Assembly (NCBI GenBank): GCA_964516625.1
Contig: CAZEXC010000001.1
Span: 1 to 55,075 of the forward strand
Direction of reading: 5' to 3'
Origin: an uncultured Oscillospiraceae bacterium
GTDB taxonomy: Bacteria; Bacillota; Clostridia; Oscillospirales; Oscillospiraceae
Length of the DNA: 55,075 nt
The position numbers and the translations under genes were made by a program. The notes beneath the pieces were generated by a model. That model was not told where the DNA came from and searched no databases. It was given only the letters and a program-made list of their open reading frames with translations. Shown here piece after piece: positions 8,572 through 17,724 of the stretch (position 1 is its first letter; each line of letters begins with the position of its first letter).

Positions 8572-9339
8572 ATGGGCCGCGTGATATGCTTCGCAAACCA
8601 AAAGGGCGGCGTAGGCAAGACATCCACCTGCGTGAACCTTTGCGCTGCCATTCGGGAAAAAAAGCGCCGTATCCTGCTCATTGACGCCGACCCGCAGGGG
8701 AACGCCACCACGGGCATGGGCGTCGATAAGCACTCCGCGCCATCTCTGTACGACGCGGTCATCCGGGGCGTCCCGGCGGAAAGCGCCATCGTCCGAACGC
8801 CCTACGGGGACGTGATACCGTCGAACATAGACCTCTCCGGCGCGGCCGTGGAGCTCGTGGACGCCCCCGACCGGGAGCATATCCTGAAAAAAATCATCGA
8901 GCCCCTCCGCGAGGCATACGAATACATATTTATCGACTGCCCCCCGTCTTTGGGGCTTCTGACCCTCAACGCCCTGTCCGCCGCCGACGGCGTCATCATA
9001 CCCGTCCAGTGCGAATATTACGCCATGGAGGGTCTGGCTGACCTTATGACCTCCATGAAGCTGACAAAAAAGCGGTTCAATCCCCAATTGATGCTGGAGG
9101 GCATTCTGCTCACCATGTATGACCGCCGTCTCTCCTTCAGCTATCAGGTGGCGCTGGAGGTACGGAAGTATTTCGGCAGGGCGGTATACAGCACCATCGT
9201 GCCCCGCAATGTCCGTATCGCGGAGGCCCCCAGCCACGGCATGCCCGTAGGCGCGTACAGCCGGATGTCCCGGGGCGCCAACGCTTACGACTGTCTGGCG
9301 ATAGAATTTTTCCGCCACAACCACAGCATGGAAATATAA
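8572..9339 (+). CDS. soj: Chromosome partitioning ATPase ParA/Soj
   Basis: 255-aa ORF with the deviant Walker A NQKGGVGKTST and typical ParA length. It is followed by parB. Confidence 0.93.
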   Translation: MGRVICFANQKGGVGKTSTCVNLCAAIREKKRRILLIDADPQGNATTGMGVDKHSAPSLYDAVIRGVPAESAIVRTPYGDVIPSNIDLSGAAVELVDAPDREHILKKIIEPLREAYEYIFIDCPPSLGLLTLNALSAADGVIIPVQCEYYAMEGLADLMTSMKLTKKRFNPQLMLEGILLTMYDRRLSFSYQVALEVRKYFGRAVYSTIVPRNVRIAEAPSHGMPVGAYSRMSRGANAYDCLAIEFFRHNHSMEI

Positions 9340-9354
9340 AATAAGGAGACGCAA

Positions 9355-10206
9355 ATGGCAATCAAAAAAGGCTTGGGAACGGGTCTCGGCGCTCTGTTCG
9401 GGGAAGACCCGGCTCCGGCGGAGACAGACATGCTCCCCATCAGCCGCGTGGAGCCCCGCAGCGGCCAGCCCCGCACCGTGTTTGACGAGCCTGCTTTGCA
9501 GGAGCTTTCGGAATCCGTCGCAAGGCACGGCGTTTTGCAGCCCATCACCGTCCGAAAGCTGGACTCCGGCTATTATCAGATCATTGCCGGCGAACGCCGC
9601 TGGCGCGCGGCGCGGATGGCCGGACTTACGGAGGTGCCCGTCCGCATCCTTGACGCGGACGACAGGACGGCGCAGGAGCTGGCGCTCGTGGAAAATCTCC
9701 AGCGGGAGGATCTGAACCCTCTGGAGGAGGCCCGGGGCTATCGGACGCTCATGGAGCAGTTCGGCCTGACGCAGGAAGCCGTGTCGCAAAGCGTCGGAAA
9801 AAGCCGTCCCGCCGTGGCAAACGCCCTGCGGCTGCTGTCCCTGCAAAAGGAAGTGTCCGATATGCTGGAGCAGGGGCTCATCACCACGGGCCACGCCCGG
9901 GCGCTTTTATCCATCACGGAGCCGGAGCTCCAGCTCCGGGCGGCAAAGCAGACGGTGGAAAAGGGCCTGTCCGTCCGTCAGACGGAGACGCTTGCCGCCG
10001 CGCTCCTGAAAGCGCCGAAGGAAAAGCCGGAAAAGGACGCGAACGCCGTGGATTACGCCGCCGATATGGGCGCCCGGCTCGGTCAGGCGCTGGGACGGAA
10101 GGTAACAATCATCGACGGGCGCAGGAGGGGGCGCGTCGAGCTTGAATATTACGGCGCGGACGACCGGGAAGCGCTTTTGCAGGCTCTTTTGTCCCTCAAA
10201 AAATAA
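9355..10206 (+). CDS. spo0J: Chromosome partitioning protein ParB/Spo0J
   Basis: 283-aa ORF with an N-terminal [12 protein letters not shown], the ParB box GERRWRAA, and an HTH region. Confidence 0.93.
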   Translation: MAIKKGLGTGLGALFGEDPAPAETDMLPISRVEPRSGQPRTVFDEPALQELSESVARHGVLQPITVRKLDSGYYQIIAGERRWRAARMAGLTEVPVRILDADDRTAQELALVENLQREDLNPLEEARGYRTLMEQFGLTQEAVSQSVGKSRPAVANALRLLSLQKEVSDMLEQGLITTGHARALLSITEPELQLRAAKQTVEKGLSVRQTETLAAALLKAPKEKPEKDANAVDYAADMGARLGQALGRKVTIIDGRRRGRVELEYYGADDREALLQALLSLKK

Positions 10207-10226
10207 GGAAAGCGGGAAACGGACCT

Positions 10227-11531
10227 ATGCTTGACATCAAGTTGATACGCGAAAACCCTGAAGCGGTCAGGGAAAACATACGCAAAAAATTTCAGGATCA
10301 GAAGCTTCCTCTGGTGGACGAGGTGCTGGAGCTGGACGAAAAGCTCCGCGCCGCCAAGACGGAGGCAAACGACCTCCGGGCCAAACGCAACGCCCTCTCA
10401 AAACAGATCGGCGTCCTGATGGGGCAGGCCAAAAACGACCCCTCCAAAAAAGAGGAGGCCGAAAATCTGAAACGGCAGGTGGCGGCGCAGGCCGCCCGTC
10501 TCGGAGAGCTGGAGGCTCTGGAGCCGGAGCTGGAGGAGGAGCTGAACAAACGGATGCTCGTCATCCCCAATATCATCGACCCCTCCGTCCCCATCGGCCC
10601 GGACGACTCCCATAATGTGGAGCTCGCCCGCTTTGGCGAGCCGGTGACGCCGGACTTTACGATACCCTATCATACCGACATCATGGAGAGCTTCCGCGGC
10701 ATCGATCTGGACGCGGCGCGGCGCGTTGCCGGAAACGGCTTTTATTACCTCAAGGGCGATATCGCCCGGCTCCACTCCGCTGTTTTGGCCTATGCCCGGG
10801 ATTTTATGATAGACAAGGGCTTTGTCTACCACATCCCGCCGTATATGATTCGCGGCAACGTCGTTTCCGGCGTCATGTCCTTCGCGGAGATGGACGCCAT
10901 GATGTATAAGATCGAGGGCGAGGATCTCTATCTCATCGGCACGTCGGAGCACTCCATGATCGGCTCGTTCATCGACCGAATCCTGGAGGAAAAGGAGCTC
11001 CCCATCACCTATACCAGCTACTCCCCCTGCTTCCGCAAGGAAAAGGGCGCCCACGGCATCGAGGAGCGCGGCATTTACCGCATCCACCAGTTTGAAAAGC
11101 AGGAAATGATCGTGGTCTGCCGCCCGGAGGAAAGCATGGACTGGTACGAAAAAATGTGGCGCTACTCCGTGGAGCTGTTCCGCTCGCTGGACATCCCCGT
11201 GCGCCAGCTTGAATGCTGCTCGGGCGATCTGGCGGATCTGAAGGTCAAAAGCTGCGACATCGAAGCGTGGAGCCCCCGCCAGCAGAAATATTTCGAGGTC
11301 TGCTCCTGCTCGAATCTGGGCGACGCTCAGGCCCGCCGGCTGAAGATCCGCGTGCGCGGCGCGGACGGCAGGCTCTATCTTGCCCATACGCTCAACAATA
11401 CCGTCGTCGCCCCGCCCCGTATGCTTATCGCCTTTTTGGAAAACAACCTCCGCGCGGACGGCTCCGTCGTTATCCCCGAGCCGCTCCGTCCCTATATGGG
11501 CGGCAAGGCGCTGCTTGTGCCGGAAAAATAA
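10227..11531 (+). CDS. serS: Seryl-tRNA synthetase
   Basis: 434-aa ORF with N-terminus MLDIKLIRENPE, a coiled-coil arm and a class II catalytic core. Confidence 0.93.
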   Translation: MLDIKLIRENPEAVRENIRKKFQDQKLPLVDEVLELDEKLRAAKTEANDLRAKRNALSKQIGVLMGQAKNDPSKKEEAENLKRQVAAQAARLGELEALEPELEEELNKRMLVIPNIIDPSVPIGPDDSHNVELARFGEPVTPDFTIPYHTDIMESFRGIDLDAARRVAGNGFYYLKGDIARLHSAVLAYARDFMIDKGFVYHIPPYMIRGNVVSGVMSFAEMDAMMYKIEGEDLYLIGTSEHSMIGSFIDRILEEKELPITYTSYSPCFRKEKGAHGIEERGIYRIHQFEKQEMIVVCRPEESMDWYEKMWRYSVELFRSLDIPVRQLECCSGDLADLKVKSCDIEAWSPRQQKYFEVCSCSNLGDAQARRLKIRVRGADGRLYLAHTLNNTVVAPPRMLIAFLENNLRADGSVVIPEPLRPYMGGKALLVPEK

Positions 11532-11632
11532 ATTGCCGAAAAAAACGCGCCGCGAGGCGTTTTGCCTCTCGACGCGGTTTTTCGTAAAACCTCCGGGGAA
11601 AACGCTCTCCGGCGCGGGACGGATTCTCCCTT

Positions 11633-12625
11633 TCAGGCTCCTATGGTGGCCACGAGAACGGCCTTTATGGTGTGCAGCCGGTTTTCGGCCTGATCGAAGA
11701 CCCTGCTGGCGGGAGAGCGGAACACCTCGTCCGTCACCTCCCGGATGTCATAACCGAGCTTTTTCTGCTCCCTTGCCATCGTCGTATTGAAATCGTGGAA
11801 GGAGGGCAGGCAGTGCAGGAATATGCACGCGGGGTTCCCTGTCGCCGCCATGACCTCGCCTGTCACGCGGAAAGGCGTCAGCAGCGCGACCCGCTCGGGT
11901 ATTTTTTCCTCCTCGCCCATGGAGGCCCATATGTCCGTGTAAATCACGTCCGCGCCCCGAATATCCGCAATATCGCTGCTATAGCGGATGTCCGCGCCGG
12001 TCTGCGCGCCGATCTCCCGGCAGTAGTCAAGGACGCTCTGAGCCGGTCTCAGCTCCGCCGGGCCCCAGCCCATATAGTCGATGCCCAGCTTGCAGCAGAT
12101 ATACATCAGAGCATACGCCATATTGTTGTGGGTATCGCCGCAGAAAACCAGCTTACAGTGATCCAGCGGCTTTGCGGTGTTCTCCAGCAGGGTCATCACG
12201 TCCGCCAGCGCCTGCGTGGGGTGGTCGATGTCCGTCAGCCCGTTCCACACCGGCACGCCGGAGAATTTCGACAGCGCCTCCACAAGCTCCTGATCATAGC
12301 CCCGATATTCGATGCCGTCAAAAAACCGCCCAAGCACCCGGGCGGAATCCTCGATGGATTCCTTCTTTTCTATCTGCGTGTCGTGCTTGTTGAGGTACGT
12401 CACCCCCGCGCCCTCGTCCCGGGCCGCCACCTCGAAGGCGCAGCGGGTACGGGTGGAGGTCTTGTCGAACAGCAGGACGATATTTTTGCCCTTGAGCGTC
12501 TCGCCCCGGATACCGGCGCGCTTTTTCTGCTTGAGATCCCGCGCCAGCGCCAGCAGATACCGTATCTCATCCCCGGAAAAATCCTTCAGCGTCAAAAACG
12601 AACGCCCTCTGATATTTACAGCCAT
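11633..12625 (-). CDS. argF: Ornithine carbamoyltransferase
   Basis: 330-aa ORF with STRTR, HPTQ, DIWASMG and HCLPSFHD motifs. The C-terminus EVTDEVF...VFDQAENRLHTIKAV closely resembles E. coli ArgI. Confidence 0.9.
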   Translation of the reverse strand: MAVNIRGRSFLTLKDFSGDEIRYLLALARDLKQKKRAGIRGETLKGKNIVLLFDKTSTRTRCAFEVAARDEGAGVTYLNKHDTQIEKKESIEDSARVLGRFFDGIEYRGYDQELVEALSKFSGVPVWNGLTDIDHPTQALADVMTLLENTAKPLDHCKLVFCGDTHNNMAYALMYICCKLGIDYMGWGPAELRPAQSVLDYCREIGAQTGADIRYSSDIADIRGADVIYTDIWASMGEEEKIPERVALLTPFRVTGEVMAATGNPACIFLHCLPSFHDFNTTMAREQKKLGYDIREVTDEVFRSPASRVFDQAENRLHTIKAVLVATIGA

Positions 12626-12753
12626 ATTTTTGTCTCCCGTCCATGTCGTTTATTTTATAAGTTATAAGGAATTGTAAGCAAAAGGGAAATGAATGATTTA
12701 TTATATCACAAACCGCCAAAATATTGTATACTTAATTTTGAGGTGATAGCAAT

Positions 12754-13368
12754 ATGAAGCTTATTTATCACGGCCATAGCTGCTTTACCGTGGAGGCGGG
12801 GGGCTTCCGCGCCGTTTTCGACCCCTACGCCGACGGCAGCGTGCCCGGCCTTGCGCCCCTGCGCCTGACGGCGGACGCAGTGTACTGCTCCCACGGCCAT
12901 CGTGACCACAACGCCCGCGAGGTCGTGACCCTCTCCGGCCGGGAATGCCCCTTCTCCGTGGATGAGCTCCCGTCGTTCCACGATGGCCGCCGCGGTCTGG
13001 AACGGGGCAAAAACACCATCCATGTCCTGCGCGCCGAAGGGCTCCGCGTCGCCCATCTGGGCGATTTGGGGCATAGGCCCGCCGGGAAGACCCTCGACGC
13101 CCTGCGCGGTCTGGACGCGCTTCTTATCCCCGTCGGCGGGTACTATACGATCGACGCTGTCACGGCCAAAGCCCTCGCGGACGAGCTGGAGCCCCGCGTG
13201 GTGATCCCCATGCACTACCGTCTGGGCGGCGCGGGCTACGATGTTTTGTCGGAGCTGTCCGGCTTCCTCTCCCTGTGCGGCGACGTCGTCGAGTACGATT
13301 CCGACACGCTGGAGCTGACGGCGGACACCCCGAAGCAGACCGCCGTTTTGCGCTTTGCCCGGGGTTAG
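12754..13368 (+). CDS. MBL-fold metallo-hydrolase (UlaG/COG2220-like)
   Basis: 204-aa ORF with N-terminus MKLIYHGHSCF and metal motif SHGHRDH. Confidence 0.8.
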   Translation: MKLIYHGHSCFTVEAGGFRAVFDPYADGSVPGLAPLRLTADAVYCSHGHRDHNAREVVTLSGRECPFSVDELPSFHDGRRGLERGKNTIHVLRAEGLRVAHLGDLGHRPAGKTLDALRGLDALLIPVGGYYTIDAVTAKALADELEPRVVIPMHYRLGGAGYDVLSELSGFLSLCGDVVEYDSDTLELTADTPKQTAVLRFARG

Positions 13369-13530
13369 CGCGGCTCCGGCGGCTCATATCGACAAATTTT
13401 TGTCATATTGTTAGAAAATAAACACCTTTATTTTGCATTTTTTTGTTTACTTTTACCATAAATTGCGATATGCTTATTCTATTCAGGTTGTGAAATTCGC
13501 AAAATCTACAGCGGAAAGGAAGAAAAAACA

Positions 13531-14328
13531 ATGGGCGTTTATGTAGTCACAGGCGGTTCCGGCGGCATCGGCGGCCAGACGGTCGCCGCGCTGAAAAGGG
13601 ACGGCCATGAAGTCGTCAACGTGGACATGAAGGACGGCGACATCTGCGCGAACCTCGCCACGCAGGAGGGCCGCGACGATATCATCCGTCAGCTCCACGA
13701 AAAATATCCCGACGGGCTGGACGGGCTGTGCTGCGTGGCCGGCGTATCCGGCGACGGCAAGAGCCTCAAGCTCATCGTGAGCCTGAACTATTTCGGGGCG
13801 GTACGTCTGGCCGAGGGCGTATACGACCTGCTGAAGAAAAAACACGGAAGCTGCGTCATGATCTCCTCCAACACCATTTCTCAGGGCGCGGCCCGCATGG
13901 ACGTGGTGCATATGCTCAACTCCGCCAAGGACTACCGGGACGAGCAGGACATCCTCGCCCTGTGCGACCGCTTTGACGGCTCGAACCTCAGTGTCGGCAA
14001 CAGCTACTATGTGGCGACGAAATACGCTCTGGCCCGCTGGGTCCGCCGGGTTTCGGCTTCCTGGGCGGCAAACGGCGTGCGTATCAATTCCGTGGCGCCC
14101 GGCAATGTGGCGACGCCCATGACCGCCACCATGACGCCCCAGGCCCGCGCGGCGCTGGAGGCGCTGCCCATCCCCATCAACTACGGAACCCACGACCTCA
14201 TGCAGGCGGAGGACATCGCAAACGGCGTGGCGTTTCTGGCATCCCCCAGGGCGCACGGCATAAACGGCATCATCCTGTTCGTGGACGGCGGCACCGACGC
14301 GCTGCTCAACCCGGACAAGGTCTATTAA
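13531..14328 (+). CDS. SDR-family oxidoreductase resembling 3-alpha-hydroxysteroid dehydrogenase/carbonyl reductase
   Basis: 265-aa ORF with a TGGSGGIG cofactor loop and catalytic YVATK (YxxxK). From memory it is collinear with Comamonas 3alpha-HSD (DLxTxEGR, DGLxxxAG, NYFGA, GVRxNxxAPG). Confidence 0.8.
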   Translation: MGVYVVTGGSGGIGGQTVAALKRDGHEVVNVDMKDGDICANLATQEGRDDIIRQLHEKYPDGLDGLCCVAGVSGDGKSLKLIVSLNYFGAVRLAEGVYDLLKKKHGSCVMISSNTISQGAARMDVVHMLNSAKDYRDEQDILALCDRFDGSNLSVGNSYYVATKYALARWVRRVSASWAANGVRINSVAPGNVATPMTATMTPQARAALEALPIPINYGTHDLMQAEDIANGVAFLASPRAHGINGIILFVDGGTDALLNPDKVY

Positions 14329-14341
14329 GGAGGGCGAGGAT

Positions 14342-14674
14342 ATGGTAACGATCAGGCAGTTTATCGACGCGCTTGAAAAGCAGGATCCCGCGCAGCTTGG
14401 AAGCCTGTTCGCCTCCGACGCCACCTACCGGGACAACTGCCCGGAGGTCGCGGGGCTGGCAAAATACCACTGTCACGGCAAAGAGGGCATCGAGATGTTC
14501 TTCCGGAACCTCACGGTGTTCCGCAAATTCTCCATCACCGACCCCCAGATCATGAACGACCGGGAGGCCCTGTTCGTCGGCATCTACGGCGCCTATTACC
14601 TCATAGCCGTCGCCACCATCGTGGACTACGACGACGAGGGAAAGATACGGAACCTCATCGTCCGCCCCGCGTAA
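14342..14674 (+). CDS. NTF2-like/SnoaL-like small protein (ketosteroid-isomerase fold)
   Basis: 110-aa ORF starting 14 nt after the SDR stop. Size and N-terminal pattern (FIDALEKQDPAQLGSLFASDATY) are typical of SnoaL/NTF2-like proteins. Function is unknown. Confidence 0.6.
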   Translation: MVTIRQFIDALEKQDPAQLGSLFASDATYRDNCPEVAGLAKYHCHGKEGIEMFFRNLTVFRKFSITDPQIMNDREALFVGIYGAYYLIAVATIVDYDDEGKIRNLIVRPA

Positions 14675-14711
14675 GCGGGGCGCGGAGGCTCCCTCCGGCC
14701 GTCCCGCCCGG

Positions 14712-15497
14712 TCACGACAGGAGCATTCGGTCGTTATCGAGGGCCTTGCCAACGCCCTGCCGGAATTTCTGAAGCAGATCGTCCACCGTCAGGCCCCTGC
14801 GCTCCTCGCCGGCGATATCGAGTATGATGCGGCCGGAGTCCATCATGAGCGTGCGGTTGCCAAGGTCGAGGGCCGACTGCATGTTGTGGGTTATCATCAT
14901 ACAGGTAAGGCCGCCGTCCTCCACGATGGTCTTTGTGAGCTCCAGCACCTTTTCCGCCGTGCCCGGGTCAAGAGCCGCCGTATGCTCGTCAAGCAAAAGC
15001 AGCTTCGGCGGCACCATGGTCGCCATCATGAGCGTCAGCGCCTGACGCTGGCCGCCGGAGAGGAGCCCCACGGGCTGCTTCATGCGATCCTCAAGGCCCA
15101 TGCCGAGAAGGGCCAGCCGGTCGCGGAAGCGGGCCTTATCCTCCTTTTTTACATGGGACAGCCACCCGCCGCTTCCCGCGGCAAGGGCGAGGTTTTCCTC
15201 TATCGTCATACCCGGAGCGCTGCCGCGCATGGGATCCTGAAACAGGCGTCCTATGCTCGCAGCGCGTTTATATTCGGGCTGGAAGGTGATGTCCTCCCCG
15301 TCGAGCACTATGGAGCCGGTGTCGGTGTAAAAGCTGCCGGAGATGGCGTTAAAAAGGGTCGATTTCCCCGCGCCGTTTGCGCCGATGATGGTGACAAAAT
15401 CGCCCTTTTCGAGATGCAGGGACAGCTCGTGGATGGCGGTTTTTTCGTTTACCGTGCCGGGGTTGAAGGTCTTGGATATGCGGTTCAGCGTCAGCAT
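14712..15497 (-). CDS. ABC transporter ATP-binding protein (COG1101 type), third gene of the Trp T-box-controlled importer
   Basis: 261-aa ORF with Walker A GANGAGKST, signature LSGGQRQ and Walker B LLLDE. It overlaps the permease stop by 7 nt. Confidence 0.9.
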   Translation of the reverse strand: MLTLNRISKTFNPGTVNEKTAIHELSLHLEKGDFVTIIGANGAGKSTLFNAISGSFYTDTGSIVLDGEDITFQPEYKRAASIGRLFQDPMRGSAPGMTIEENLALAAGSGGWLSHVKKEDKARFRDRLALLGMGLEDRMKQPVGLLSGGQRQALTLMMATMVPPKLLLLDEHTAALDPGTAEKVLELTKTIVEDGGLTCMMITHNMQSALDLGNRTLMMDSGRIILDIAGEERRGLTVDDLLQKFRQGVGKALDNDRMLLS

Positions 15498-16441
15498 GGG
15501 CTGTCCTCCTTTCCGCTTTTGGCCGCGCCCTTATGGGTCATCCGGCGGTACAGCGTGGGCCACTGCTTTTTGAGGTACGGCCCGGAGATGGCGATGACGA
15601 CGATGACGGAGGACACCAGCTTGAGCATGGAGGCGGGCATATTGAACCGCAGGGCAATGGTATACACCAGGCGGAAGATGAACGAGCCCGCCACCACGCC
15701 TACGGCCCGTCTGGCTATGCTCCCCTTTCCCATGAACGTGCCGCCGATGAGAAGGGACGCCAGCGCGACCGTCACCATGCCGGAGCCGATGTTGATCTCC
15801 ACGGATTTCTGGGCCTGAGCCAGAAGACAGCCGGACAGCGCGGTGAAGCTGTTCGAGATGCACAGCCCGACGGTGGTCGTGAAAACGGGGTTTATGGAGG
15901 ACGAACGCACCATATCCGGGTTGTCGCCCGTCGCGCGGATCGCAAGGCCGAGCCGCGTACGCAGAAACAGCGACAGGAACACGACCACGGCAGCCACGGC
16001 GACGAGGGACACAACGAGCTTATACTGCCCGGCAAGGAACGTACCGTCCAGCAGATCCTTCACTTTCGTGAATACCGTCTCGGTCTTGTTCATATTCAGC
16101 AGGGAAGAATTTCCCATGACGGCGATGTTGATGGAGTAAAGGCCGGTGTTCACGATGATGCCGGCAAGAAGGCTCTCCACGCCCATGCGGGTCTGCAAAA
16201 TCGCCGTGACGAAGCCGGATACCATACCGGCGAGCATGGCGGCGGGCAGGGACAGGTACGGGTGGCCGGCTATGGCGACGACCGCGCCGACGGCCGCGCC
16301 CAGCGTAAAGCAGCCGTCGGTGGACAGGTCGCAGACATTGAGCATGGAATAGCTCAAAAACAGCGCCAGCACCGTCAGCGAGCAGGTAAGCCCCAGCTCC
16401 AGGGCGGTCTGCCCGAGGCCCAGGATCGTGGCCAGCGACAT
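15491..16441 (-). CDS. ABC transporter permease (COG4120 type)
   Basis: 316-aa polytopic membrane ORF located between the SBP and ATPase genes. Confidence 0.88.
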   Translation of the reverse strand: MSLATILGLGQTALELGLTCSLTVLALFLSYSMLNVCDLSTDGCFTLGAAVGAVVAIAGHPYLSLPAAMLAGMVSGFVTAILQTRMGVESLLAGIIVNTGLYSINIAVMGNSSLLNMNKTETVFTKVKDLLDGTFLAGQYKLVVSLVAVAAVVVFLSLFLRTRLGLAIRATGDNPDMVRSSSINPVFTTTVGLCISNSFTALSGCLLAQAQKSVEINIGSGMVTVALASLLIGGTFMGKGSIARRAVGVVAGSFIFRLVYTIALRFNMPASMLKLVSSVIVVIAISGPYLKKQWPTLYRRMTHKGAAKSGKEDSPC

Positions 16442-16464
16442 GATTCGTCCTCCTTCCAGAGCGT

Positions 16465-16494
16465 GGGAAAACAGGGGGCTTCCCCTGTTTTCCC
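16465..16494 (-). other. Intercistronic stem-loop (13-bp perfect stem, 4-nt loop) between the SBP and permease genes
   Basis: GGGAAAACAGGGG-GCTT-CCCCTGTTTTCCC. No U-run follows on the transcribed (minus) strand, so it is not a canonical terminator. Confidence 0.6.
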
Positions 16495-16516
16495 ATAAAA
16501 TTTTTCCGTTCGGGGA

Positions 16517-17608
16517 TTACTCCACCCCGTCGAAGCTCTCGGCGGTGATAGTGGTCTGGATCTGCGTGCAATAGGGCGCGAAGGCCTCCGCAACGGTGTC
16601 ATAGTCAAAGCCCAGCGTCTCGCAGGTCTCGGTGTTCACGGTAGCGATGCCGTTATCGAAGGTCTTAACGGGGGTGGTCGCGGGGTCTGCGCCGTTTACG
16701 AGGATATCGGCGATCATGTTGGCCGTCTCCGCGCCGAGGTTCGCATAGTCTACGCCGTAGCCGAGGAACGCCCCGTTGAGGGCGAAGGAGTCCGCGCCGG
16801 TGTAGTGGGCGATGCCGGCCTCGGCCATGGCCTCATAGATGGAAAGCTCCGCGGTCATGATCGTGTTGTCGCTGGGGGTGAAGGCGGCGTCCACGCCGTC
16901 GGCGGCCATGGCCTCCACGGCGAGCATGACCTCGTCCACGGTGGTGCCGGTGTAGTCCTTATAGGCGATGCCGGCCGCGTCCAGATATTCCTTGGCGGAT
17001 GCGATGGCGGCGGTGGAGGAATCCTGCCCCACGTCATACAGCAGACCGACGAGATCCACATCGGGGTCGGCGGCGAAGATAAGGTTCATAACGGCGGTGG
17101 TGTCAAAAGCGTCGGAGGTGCCGGTGATGTTCGAGCCCGGCGCGTCCATGGACTCGACAACGCCCGCGCCCACGGGGTCGGACACGGCGGCAAAGACGAC
17201 GGGGATGCCGTTGTCCTCGGTGTCGGCCTGCATGACCATGGCGACGGGGGTCGCCACGCCGACCATCAGATCGACGCCGTCGGCGATGAAATTCTGGACG
17301 ATCTGCTCGAGCACGGTGGAGTCGGCGTTGCAGTTGTCATCGGAGATCTCGAAGGTCACGCCGTATTCCTCGCCGAGGGCTTCCAGCCGGTTTTCGATGT
17401 TCGCGACGATCTGGTTGAGGGAAGCGTCGTCCACATAGTTGCAGATGCCGACCTTGTAGACGGTTTCGGCTTCTTCCTCGACAATATCTTCCTCCTCCTC
17501 GGGCGCGGGCGTTTCGGCGGTATCCCCGGCGCCGCCGGAGGCCGATCCGCATGCGGCCAGAGCCAGCGCAAGGCTCAGAGCCAGAATAAGGGCAAGAAGC
17601 TTTTTCAT
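16517..17608 (-). CDS. ABC transporter substrate-binding lipoprotein (COG2984/ABC_sub_bind type)
   Basis: The ORF-track entry 16517..17920 was trimmed to the internal ATG at 17608, giving MKKLLALILALSLALALAACGS (lipobox) behind RBS AAGGAGA. The upstream part of that ORF is the T-box leader. Confidence 0.88.
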   Translation of the reverse strand: MKKLLALILALSLALALAACGSASGGAGDTAETPAPEEEEDIVEEEAETVYKVGICNYVDDASLNQIVANIENRLEALGEEYGVTFEISDDNCNADSTVLEQIVQNFIADGVDLMVGVATPVAMVMQADTEDNGIPVVFAAVSDPVGAGVVESMDAPGSNITGTSDAFDTTAVMNLIFAADPDVDLVGLLYDVGQDSSTAAIASAKEYLDAAGIAYKDYTGTTVDEVMLAVEAMAADGVDAAFTPSDNTIMTAELSIYEAMAEAGIAHYTGADSFALNGAFLGYGVDYANLGAETANMIADILVNGADPATTPVKTFDNGIATVNTETCETLGFDYDTVAEAFAPYCTQIQTTITAESFDGVE

Positions 17609-17724
17609 GATAATGTTCTCCTTTTCATTCTGTTTTATTTTATTGCTTGATCGCCGATATGTTCTCCGAAAAGAAACGATCGGCGCCGTCGCCCGGATAA
17701 AAGAAGCGTTTTCCATGCCTTCCG

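Noticed and set aside
11543-11580. Possible serS terminator (CCGCGAGGC-GTTTT-GCCTC...CGCGG followed by TTTTTCG).
   Set aside because: The stem is interrupted by an asymmetric bulge, and alternative pairings exist. It is plausible but not clean enough to list as a feature.
12690-12703. TGAATGATTTATTA upstream of argF, considered as an ArgR/AhrC ARG box.
   Set aside because: Only the TGAAT half-site matches the TGAATWWWWATTCA consensus; the second half-site is absent.
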